A DNA stretch of 64,000 bases, taken from the NCBI GenBank assembly GCA_950097015.1, contig CATNEN010000010.1, positions 3,038,001-3,102,000 on the forward strand. The letters run 5' to 3'. A model generated the notes under the pieces. The model did no database searches. It saw nothing but the letters and a program-made list of their open reading frames with translations, and was not told where the DNA came from. The position numbers and the translations under genes were made by a program. How positions within the stretch are numbered: position 1 is the first letter of the stretch; each line of letters opens with the position of its first letter. This document shows positions 52,701 through 64,000 of the stretch, piece by piece. The DNA comes from Macrostomum hystrix. Its lineage: Eukaryota > Animalia > Platyhelminthes.

Positions 52701-54928
52701 CGCCAGATCAGGCGAATACGGTGGATGAGGCAAAATATTAAACTTGAGTCTGCTGACAGCCTCGGAGGTCTTCTGTGCAGTATGGGGTCTGGCGTTGTCG
52801 GTGGAGAAGAAAGGGCTTGATTCCAACCCGACGCTTGTTCCAGATTTCGAACTTCAATTTTTCAAGGGAAGCAATATAGCACTCGGCATTGATGCTCTTC
52901 CCTGGCTCAAGAAATTCGATTGTAAGTGGTCCATTTCTGTCGAAGAACAAAGTCAGAAGCACCTTTTTGCAGTGAGGCTCTCAACGTGCCTTAACAGGGG
53001 GGTCTGAACCCCTGATTGTCCAAACCTTGGACTCCTGTTTGAGGGCGACCTGTCCTGAGCTGATCAGCAAGGTCCGTCCTTCCCGCTCGAAACTGTTCTA
53101 TCCAACGATAGATGGTCATTTTACTGACCGCGCAAGACCCATGAGCTGATGAAAGTTGCCCATGAATCTCGGCTGCACTGTGCCCCGTCTTCCAAAGGGT
53201 GTAAATCACACTCCTCTGGGCAAAACTTGAATGCACATCCATGATCTTTAGCACAGCAAGAAATGAGAACAAAAATGCTCGTACTGAAGCCAAGTCCCAG
53301 TGAGAGATATGAAGATTTCATTCCATCTTTTCCAGAGACAACTTTCAAATTATAACTTCATTATGAGAAATTTCGCAGATTGAGAAATTGAGAAAATTTG
53401 GTTGAAAGAGTGACCTCAGTCGAAAGCACTTTCGTAGCATTCCGATAGCTTGTTGATTTACTGTAAGTCTATGTTTGAGGTCCTGTTAGTTTTTCGTTGA
53501 TAACTTCTCTTTCCTTAGTCTGTTAGAAAAAATATTTGAATTAATATAAAGAAGAGACTTGCCGCTATAAGACTGTGTCAAATCACGTTATTTGAACCAT
53601 CAGAACAAAAGATAGAATCAAAAGTAACACTACTTTTGGGACAGCCCTCGTATTGGTCATTCGTATTAAAGTATTGGTCATAAATAATATGATTTTAGTC
53701 TCGATACCACACAAATTTTCATTGTAAGCGCTAGTTCAAAGCTGAGGAAATTTTATTCACCTCGGTGCCTGCAAGCTCGGCAGCCTTAGCGGCCAGCGCC
53801 TTAGTCAGCTTTCCCGGGTGCACCTGAGCTGTGTTTTGAGTACTGCCCAGGTGGCCGCAGTCGGACACCGGCCCAGTTACCCAGTCCGGCAGGTCGGGAT
53901 TGCTCTGGCTCGTTTGGCCATCGCTGGAGCCGAACTCAACCGACAGAGTGTCCAGGCGTCTGGTGGGATTTGGCGAACGAGCTCTGATTCTTTGAATCTT
54001 TAAGGCCTCTATAATCATACTTAACACCTCCATAAAACAGGCCTCTATAATCATACTTAACACCTCCATAAAACAGGCCTCTATAATCATACTTAACACC
54101 TCCATAAAACAGGCCTCTATAATCATACATAACACCTCCATAAAACAGGCCTCTATAATCATACTTAACACCTCCATAAAACAGGCCTCTATAATCATAC
54201 TTAACACCTCCATAAAACAGGCCTCTATAATCATACTTAACACCTCCATAAAACAGGCCTCTATAATCATACTTAACACCTCCATAAAACAGGCCTCTAT
54301 AATCATACATAACACCTCCATAAAACAGGCCTCTATAATCATACTTAACACCTCCATAAAACAGGCCTCTATAATCATACTTAACACCTCCATAAAACAG
54401 GCCTCTATAATCATACTTAACACCTCCATAAAACAGGCCTCTATAATCATACTTAACACCTCCATAAAACAGGCCTCTATAATCATACTTAACACCTCCA
54501 TAAAACAGGCCTCTATAATCATACCTAACACCTTCATAAAACAGGCCTCTATAATCATACCTAACACCTTCATAAAATAGGCCTCGATAATCATACTTAA
54601 CACCTCCATAAAACAGGCCTCTATAATCAGCCTTAACACCTCCGCAAAACAGGCCGCACCGATAATCGATCACTTCGGCACCCAGCTCCTCTGCCAGCTC
54701 GCTGTGCAGCCGGAAGCTCTCTCTGGCCAGCGCATTCAGTGGGCCGCGACACCAGTCCAGAGCCAGGAAGCCGCCAGCCTTGCCAGAGGCTGCACTGGCG
54801 ATGGCCACTCGCTCCAATAGGATGCTGCGCACACCCCGCTTGGCCAGATAATAGGCCAGTGAGCAGCCAATGATGCCAGCTCCGCAGATCACCACAGGCA
54901 GCTGTTCAGTGTCTGATCCAGCTGACAT
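46759..54928 (-). CDS. FAD-dependent oxidoreductase (DAO family, TDA3-like), 372 aa, 4 exons
   Basis: Exons 54660-54928, 53761-53959, 47588-47953 and 46759-47043 total 1119 nt. GAGIIG FAD motif, ASAASGKAGGFLA, AQVHP, AMGPWT and GHSCWGILNGPATG. Confidence 0.92.
47195..47560. repeat. 21-bp minisatellite, oxidoreductase intron 3
   Basis: Unit GCCATAGCAACCATCCCAGAG. Confidence 0.95.
47988..48092. repeat. 21-bp minisatellite split by the mariner (continues at 53651-53681)
   Basis: Unit ATTGGTCATTCGTATTAAAGT occurs on both sides of the mariner. Confidence 0.9.
48126..52230 (-). mobile_element. Young Gypsy LTR retrotransposon (209-bp LTRs at 48126-48334 and 52022-52230; TSD CTTTT)
   Basis: TG..CA LTRs differing at 2 of 209 positions by eye. 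PPT AAGGAGG and a 5-bp TSD. Confidence 0.96.
48645..51986 (-). CDS. Gypsy gag-pol ORF, 1113 aa (gag-CCHC, protease, RT, integrase; RNase H absent)
   Basis: CGFCGQQH..C and CNNCGRANH..VC knuckles, VDTGADVN, FFDDIIVWG, then TDLFEF / SDNGPQF / SNGKAER. The RT connection joins directly to the integrase C..C segment. Confidence 0.93.
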   Translation of the reverse strand: MDGLRPPEPMIFDTNRADNWRRWISAFDFYMKATKRTEESEEVKIAVLLTALGSDGQDVFSTFPADQVATYAAVKSAFQEYCEPLSNETFERYQLRTRVQGEAEDFDQFVGSLRQLIKRCNYSEPANKETIENSVIRDQIVIGANDPALRERLLRETKLTLDRAIQMGRASETSKRQARTLATAQISRATPAPAPASVEAVQGRTSRSQTASNAKSARSCGFCGQQHERRKCPAFGKTCNNCGRANHFSSVCRSAKKVNELVENTETESAGDGPAAAIMTVEQPGARTKAQTDSSAMMVCLTVTDSGRKLQFKVDTGADVNVIPLKRLIQLAPAASIEPTSWTLTTYNKQLLDVVGITYLTVSSPCRKNARLQFVVVGENSTPIIGWKSAIEELQLVKKLFSLQQSLSSISKVSKQQLSELNSSQLKASFPEVFNGVGCMKQPYTIQLSDNAVPKVQPPRKVPFAAYQPLKCELERLEKEGTIARVDEPTQWVSNVAIVWKKDGSMRLYLDPTYLNRFIIREYHPIPTAEEVRAATAGAILYSSFDANESFHQLKLDDESSFLTTFHTPFGRYRWKRVPYGLSSIPEVFQKRMEENVTNNVRNSKNFFDDIIVWGRTVEEHDQAVRELLEQCKRAKVTLNPQKMRVGVQELNYLGDVLSSEGLRADPMKVKAIKEMIRPNDVEGLTSKKEQLRRFLGCVTYLAKFCPHLSATAEPLRHLLKKDVIWSWTHQHDEAYDSIITELHLHLRTCIERTVSQCEACQRNMKAQSKETLMIVEMPEFPFQVCSTDLFEFRGAAHLVYVDAYSHWMSITRLRSTTSLAVVQVLQDHFQNFGVPEKLISDNGPQFTAGEFRQFMNRFQVEHRTSSPAYPQSNGKAERYVQTAKNIMKKCQETGQSLALALLHYRNTPVGSGFPSPAEMAFGRKLRCDLPTTVQDLRPRETYVHASIEAFQKERTRAAQLYNRGARALRRLEVGEPVWLQCDRRNWVAAEVDSEVDGSPRSYWLRTESGQLLRRNRRFIRPREIGVPFHESYPVADEDVNLSEADDQQAPVQPAVQPAVQPAVQPATEQPAEPVQPAEEPASVQPCSSSDDSGFRTKRGRLVHQPQRYQASW
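54003..54660. repeat. 36-bp minisatellite (~18 copies), oxidoreductase intron 1
   Basis: Unit ATAATCATACTTAACACCTCCATAAAACAGGCCTCT. Confidence 0.97.
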
Positions 54929-56557
54929 CAATTGTTTGCTGTGGAATAAAAAAGGAAAATGCTTGAAAAATGATATTTATCACAACCTGGATTTACAGAA
55001 TCGCCAAGTACTAATTAGATGATGCGGTACACTGATATGCATTGTAAGACCTTTGTTAGCTCTACCTTTAAGCATATCACTGCATGCTCAGTCAGAAAAA
55101 ATTGGATTCATTGCTATATCTGTGTTATTTATCTTTTTTCTGTGCAACTTTTCTTCTATTTTTAGTAGGGCCTAGTAATTAAAAAATTATATTAGTTTTT
55201 AGCTTTCTCATAGTCACTGGTCAGTAACATTTAATTATATCTCAATAACTCTGTGTTAAACTATGTATAAATATATATAGGCTCAAGCTCTATTTAGCTA
55301 AGATATGTAGTTAAAGACTTCATTAAAACAATTTTAAATCTAGAATTGAAAAAATAGTTTTCAGTTGACATACTTTTTTCTTGAAAAATAAAGCCATATG
55401 GCAATCCTCAAGTTTTGTTTTTTTAATTACTTTATGAAAGATAGGCCTAATGACTTTCTTAGCTACTCAAGTGAGTTTTTGAATGATGAAGAAGTGCATG
55501 GCTATGTCTATGGCCAAAACCAAAGTGAAAGAGAGAAGAGAAATTGTAGGTTTTTAACCTTACCTAGATAAGTATGAGTACAATAACGCTAACACAGCAG
55601 TTACAGCTGAGCTAAGGCCAATGGTTATATGGGCTATGCCATAAATAGCTGTAAGTTACAATGTGTTTAAACTCAAAACCCAGGATCTGAGCCTATTATG
55701 GATACATTTTGGGCTTGAGATTTTCGCTTTATTCTAATAACTGTTTTATAACCTTTTGTTATATATAAATTATAAATATCATTGTCGCCGTGACCCGTCT
55801 AGTGTCTAAAGTTCTTGGAAATGCAATTTGTGAACTATACGCTCTTATATTCAAATAGCTGGGCATTTTTACATAGCTTAGTTTGCCGCCAGGATGACTA
55901 GACTTGGTCTAGGTCTTCCCGACTCATTTCGGGCGAGTCCACTATTTTTTAGATTCTAGTAGATCGCGGAGAAGTAAATCTGCAGCGCAACAGATAAAAA
56001 AGTTCCCTACGTCGCCCTTAGTACAATTATATTTTATAGCCGTTTTTCTTCTAACAGGGCTGCACCCATTTGCATTTTTCCTGTAAATTGACTTCTTAAC
56101 TTAATTCCCGGTCTTTAACAGGATTATGGCATTTGAGGATCAACATGGAGACTAAAATATAATTTCCTGGGTCCAATTACAATTTGGGGGATTGAGATTG
56201 ATGATTCTCGATCGTTATGCTGTGAGCAGGCTGCAAATCGTCGTACAATTAAGCTGGCATGGATATGTCCAATACCCCAGCATTTTGCATTGATGCATAC
56301 ATAATGCATATATATTGGCAAGAACAACTGAAGTAGACATATAACTTTACTTCAGCTGCTAAGCTGTAGTCAAACACTTACACTTATAATCCCATCATAA
56401 GGATGTATATACACCTGTCCTGACTTTCTCAACACTATCACTGTGCCTTGAGGTGCCATCCAAGGATCTAATTTGCACGACAAGCCCCCAAAACCTTCTC
56501 TCCGAGGCTGTGCCCCAAATGAATGTGGCCTCGAAGCGTAATATCTAGCTCAGGGAC

Positions 56558-56817
56558 TGTAACACACTAAAAGTGGGGAACGAACCTCGCACTGGCAGAC
56601 CGAGACAGGTCTCTGGCTTGTTTGCCTTCGTCAGTCAGCCATAGCCACACACAGTCCTCTCCCACCACTCTTAGTGTGCACACCACTCTTAGTGTGCACA
56701 AAAGTCTCATTTAACCTTGCTATTTTATGGCAATACTTTTTTAGTGTTATGTGAGAGTTTTGCAGCCAAGTCTTTGCTTTTCTACTGTTGTCAGTAGTCT
56801 GAATTGTATCTCTCACA
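56558..56817. mobile_element. Solo LTR with 5-bp TSD GGGAC (same family as 11673-11914)
   Basis: TGTAACAC...CTCACA with GGGAC on both sides and an internal ~18-bp duplication. Confidence 0.88.
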
Positions 56818-57181
56818 GGGACCTTGGTGCGAGAGGCGCACACGTTATACCGCTCTCTGCAACACCGTATTAATCGGTATTTCTTAATGAAACAAGCCAG
56901 TTAAAAGCATCGCCATCAAGGTATTCTCTATTGAAAGTTTGACTAAAAAACCTCGCAGTTTTCAATGCGATCATGAACAAAAGAATATAATATTTATAAT
57001 GATTTCGAGTACATGCGTGATACACATCTCAGATAAAAGGTAATCGGTTATAATATATATATAGAAGAATGAAGAAAAACATGTATGAAATTTACAGGTA
57101 AGCATGATGCTCTTGAATGTACATTTATTAAGCTGCATTGACCCAGCTGCAATGAAATGTGTCAGAGTGAGCAAAGCAGCT

Positions 57182-57970
57182 TCACGTTACACAAACTGCA
57201 CAAGACACCCCAACACTAGCGATTTCCTGCACCATGCTGCCGTCTTTCTTTTGCTTGAGAACCCAGAGCGGCAACTTCACCAGCTCCTGGCCGTCGCACG
57301 GGCAGCGAACGTCCGGCAGCAGCCGCGGCACCCGGTCGTCATCAGCGTTGATCACGAACGCCGGCTGCGACTGGTTGGCGATGGCGCTGCAGCTGACGGG
57401 CTGGTAGACGGAGCGACCGCAGCCCAGCATGGAATTGAGGCGGCGCAGGTCGCTGCCAGTTAGCGGCTCCGGGCTCCGGCGAGACCGCGGTAGGCTGAGC
57501 AGGGCGGCGCAGCCGACGCCCATCAGTCGAGTTACCAGTCGGAGAGTCGAGCTGTTTCCAACGGGCTCCAGAGAAGCCACGGGCAGCTGGAAGGTCCGGC
57601 ACTGCATGTGCAGGTTTAGCTCCGGGTTCTGGCTCGTGTTGCACTGGCAGCCGGACTCGTAGCGCAGCCGTGGCAGCGTTGGCGCAGGATTCTCGATTGG
57701 CCAGAACAGGTCCGGGCACAGGCGTCTCCTGTTGTCAGTTGGGATGTCTGGGTAGTCCTGCTTGGTCTCGCCCATGCTGCTGGTCTCGCAAGCTTCAGGC
57801 TGGGTATATGCCACACCTGAATAAGCGGCGAAGGTCAGGTTTTTGCTGTTGACACCCCAGCCGCATGCGTGATATTCATCGACTCGATAACAACTGCTCG
57901 GCCAAGCCTGCAGCAACAGCAGCAGCGGCGGCAGCAGCTGGACCAGCAGTATGTAAGGCCGCATCGTCAT
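57182..57970 (-). CDS. Secreted cystine-knot protein, IL-17/PTTH-trunk-like, apparently with two tandem domains, 262 aa, intronless
   Basis: Hydrophobic signal peptide. Domain 1: RRLCP..P..PRL..ESGCQC...LPV..L...VGC. Linker RSRR. Domain 2: INADDDRVPRLLPDVRCPC...LPLWVLK...VGVSCAVC. Confidence 0.65.
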   Translation of the reverse strand: MTMRPYILLVQLLPPLLLLLQAWPSSCYRVDEYHACGWGVNSKNLTFAAYSGVAYTQPEACETSSMGETKQDYPDIPTDNRRRLCPDLFWPIENPAPTLPRLRYESGCQCNTSQNPELNLHMQCRTFQLPVASLEPVGNSSTLRLVTRLMGVGCAALLSLPRSRRSPEPLTGSDLRRLNSMLGCGRSVYQPVSCSAIANQSQPAFVINADDDRVPRLLPDVRCPCDGQELVKLPLWVLKQKKDGSMVQEIASVGVSCAVCVT

Positions 57971-59059
57971 AGCAAACTAAGCTAGTTTTCTCTACTAACG
58001 GACAAATTTAGTTCTTAAACACCTTTGCTGGTGATTCCTGTGACAGTTCACTTGTATTTATGCGTCTGTAGCCTGCTGGTCGGCTGCCACAGAAGCGACC
58101 GTTTAGACTAATTTAGCATTGACTCTTGCACGCTTAATGAGTGTATTGGAAGTGACTATATTAATTTGTTATGCCGGCAACAAGGTTTTATTGTTGGCTG
58201 CCCTAAACCAGCAGCACACGGGAAACATGTAAATTAAGGAACAACTTTAACACATGGCTTGACAAATCTATAATTCAGCATTCTGTTAATTTTATCAATG
58301 GCTTCTTTATATTATTATACTCGTAGTAGCAGATGTATATTCAATTTGATCAACATATCGTCGAGACCTATATTTGGCCAGTTCTGTTTACGCACAGTTA
58401 GCAGCGATTACTTTACAGTGCCAACAATTAATCATTTAGCAAGAATACATTTTGTATTCATACGTTGCATGGACGAACGCGCCATGATCATACAGCAACA
58501 TACGCTCAGATGTGTAACTATAAAATTAATTCATTATATGCAATGTTGATGGACTGATGCATCATGATGTGTGGTCTTATAACTCTTAAGATAGTGCAAG
58601 ACAAATAGTTTTGCAAATCCTTCACAATTTTTTTTAAGTGATCAAAATTTGTCCGAGTGTCGAAGCTAATTTAATAGCTCTTAATGCACTCCGAGCACAA
58701 ATTAAATATAATAGCTATAAGTGTAGTGTATTAAAAAAAACATTTTTGTTTAAAATATGTTACACTCGACTTTGTATAATAGACAGTTCGGCCGCGTACC
58801 TATTCGAGCATGGATTATTTTACTCGATCCCATTTCATCTCGACTAATTAATCGCTGACACTGTCAACATTGTGTAAAAGGGCCTAATTGGTCAAATCAA
58901 ACTAGCGCGCGAAATATTTTTATATATTATTTTGTGCTACAAATATCTATACATAATATTTGTTTTACGCCACTAAAATATACTGGGAGTATTCAATAGG
59001 ATTTTAGTATAAATATAGAGGGGGTTTTATATAGGAAGCTAACCGTTGGGCCAACCAGT

Positions 59060-59400
59060 AAATTGGAAGCTTAAACAGTTTAAGTCTCTTCGTGAGCATA
59101 TTCCAAAGCCTAATTATACATATTTCTGAGTGAGTGAAAGCTGTTAACACCGATCCGGGGAAAGCCCGAGAAGGACAGAGAGCCTGACATATCTGAAGTA
59201 TTCAGAAGCACTCAGAGGTTGATATCTCTAGAAATAAAGCTAGATCCAGAATCTAGAAAACCACTTGCAAGAGGCCAGAATCTATCGTGTAGAAACGCCA
59301 CGCTACCCAAACTATCAGAATAGTTTGTTCGACCAGATAGAAGGGTGTGTATGATGCCTAACTGAGTCACGGACAAGTGACTGGAGTTATGAGATAAATA
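59060..59400 (+). mobile_element. Possible decayed Penelope-like RT fragment
   Basis: Traces of SLFVSI(P) and F.QIEG..M motifs among stops and frameshifts. Confidence 0.25.
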
Positions 59401-60038
59401 AATAAGAGAATATTAATGCAGTATTAATATTATTAAGTAAAATATAATAGTATAACGAAAGAGGTCTGCAACAATTGCTGACAATAAGGATACAGCAGCA
59501 AATACAAAAAAGCAACTAAATTGGGGAACACATTGTAAAGTTATACTATTTTGAAATAAAAGCTGGCTCTTCAATGACCTTATTAGAAGGTAAAGACCCG
59601 TGTTAATTGTGATAATGAATAGCGTAAGAAGTTTCTGTCCACCCCTTCACACGGAACACGCGGAATTCCAACGATGATCCCAATTTAAACAAAAAAAATA
59701 TTATTTTTTCAGAGGCAAAACTGGAGGGCTATGAAGTTCCTTAAAAAATACATTTAAACGGTATTCATTTTTATCCGACTGTAAAAACGAATTAACTTGT
59801 ATTACTTTAAGTTTGATCCCTTGCTTTAACTTGCATTTTATACGTCCTTTTTATTTTCATTGTAGCCAAAGCCCTAATTTCTAGAAGCGTATTTAGTTCG
59901 ATTTTCGTATTTCTACGGCTTGAACTGCGCATTTTTATTTATAGTAATATCAGTTAAATATGCAAAAATGCTAATTAAAAGGTGCACGTAGGATTGTCAG
60001 AATTCACAGAAGCCTCATTAAAAATATATTTATTAAGA

Positions 60039-62799
<2,761 letters not shown>

Positions 62800-63154
62800 G
62801 CATCTGAGAACAGGATGCCGGCAACGTGCTCACAGACCAAGCGAATGGCGCAAGCAACTCACAGAACTGCAAAATATCGCAATCAGAACAGCACTAGTGA
62901 GATGTGACCAAGTTATTAATTTTATTTTTCTTGGACGCAGCAAATGCCAACCTGCCTGTCGACTTGCAATGCAAAATTTTGCTTTGAAACCATCTATCAC
63001 CAAAACTGTACAGATAATTTCCTTGGCTGTATAACTTTTGCTGATAGCTGTGCAACTTCTGTCAATTTTATTGTAAATTACAATGTCTCATTTGGATTCA
63101 TATTTATGTGCGATTGTAAATTTCTATGACCTTTGCTAGCGTAAAACGTCCCCC

Positions 63155-63960
63155 ATCCCACACCCGTCATAGTCCCATCCCACACCTGTCATAGTCCCAT
63201 CCCACACCCATCATAATCCCATCCCACACCCATCATAGTCCCATCCCACACCCGTCATAGTCCCATCCCACACCCGTCATAATCCCATCCCACACCCATC
63301 ATAATCCCATCCCACACCCATCATAATCCCATCCCAAAACCATCATAATCCCATCCCACACCCGTCATAATCCCATCCCACACCCATCATAATCCCATCC
63401 CACACCCGTCATAGTCCCATCCCACACCCGTCATAGTCCCATCCCACACACATCATAATCCCATCCCACACATATTATAGTCCCATCCCACACCTATTAT
63501 AGTCCCATCCCACACATATTATAGTCCCATCCCACACATATTATAGTCCCATCCCACACATATTATAGTCCCATCCCACACATATTATAATCCCATCCCA
63601 CACATATTATAGTCCCATCCCACACATATTATAATCCCATCCCACACATATTATAGTCCCATCCCACACGTAGTATAGCCCCATCCCACACATATTATAG
63701 TCCCATCCCACACATTTTATAATCCCATCCCACACATATTATAATCCCATCCCACACATATTATAGTCCCATCCCACACCCATCATAGTCCCATCCCACA
63801 CCCATCATAGTCCCATCCCACACCCATCATAATCCCATCCCACACCTATTATCGTCCCGCCCCCCACACATATTATAATCCCATCCCACACATATTATAG
63901 TCCCATCCCACACATATTATAATCCCATCCCACACATATTATAGTCCCATCCCACACCAT
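63155..63960. repeat. 22-bp minisatellite (~37 copies) downstream of FoxJ
   Basis: Unit CCCATCCCACAC(CCATC/ATATT)ATA(A/G)T. Confidence 0.96.
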
Positions 63961-64000
63961 CTCAGCCTCATCTCGCGCCCATCGCAAGCTCAATCCGAGG

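Larger units (their letters stand above)
48095..53650 (-). mobile_element. Defective mariner (..D34D) with ~200-bp TIRs and a TA TSD, interrupted by a Gypsy element
   Basis: TIR CGAGG(A/G)CTGTCCCAAAAGTAGTGTTACTTTTGATT... Transposase pieces: HTH (IYRWIEQFRAG..RTGRP), then DNARPH-34 aa-YSPDLAPADF. Frameshifts and an internal deletion are present. Confidence 0.92.

Noticed and set aside
53731-54931. 302-aa and 331-aa ORFs as independent genes
   Set aside because: They are oxidoreductase exons read through a 36-bp intronic array.

Overview
Intron-rich animal genomic DNA. It is probably from a free-living flatworm such as Macrostomum; this is an inference from the gene styles, the SGTP-like GLUT and the dense intronic minisatellites. 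I reconstructed 11 host genes exon by exon: TFIIA-gamma, a GLUT/SLC2 transporter, an 83-aa secreted protein missed by the ORF track, an ankyrin-repeat Mab-21/cGAS-like receptor, a 3-domain gelsolin, the Pol III subunit RPC7, ZCCHC9, G-alpha-o, a DAO-family oxidoreductase, an IL-17-like cystine-knot precursor and FoxJ2/3. There is also a 77-aa Cys-rich membrane ORF. Mobile DNA comprises two Gypsy elements, a LOA/R1-like LINE, two core-deleted THAP/P elements, a long-TIR mariner, two solo LTRs, two MULE-type MITEs and a tRNA-derived SINE family, plus 12 minisatellite arrays. The top leads are: (1) a cGLR with about 15 ankyrin repeats and an intact catalytic motif; (2) a tandem two-domain IL-17-like precursor with a furin-type linker; (3) a Gypsy element apparently split by an inversion that flipped the GLUT gene; (4) an orphan secreted peptide gene convergent on the cGLR; (5) a nest of intron > minisatellite > mariner > RNaseH-less Gypsy; (6) minisatellite periods clustering at 20-24 bp. 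All coordinates were read by hand and no searches were run.
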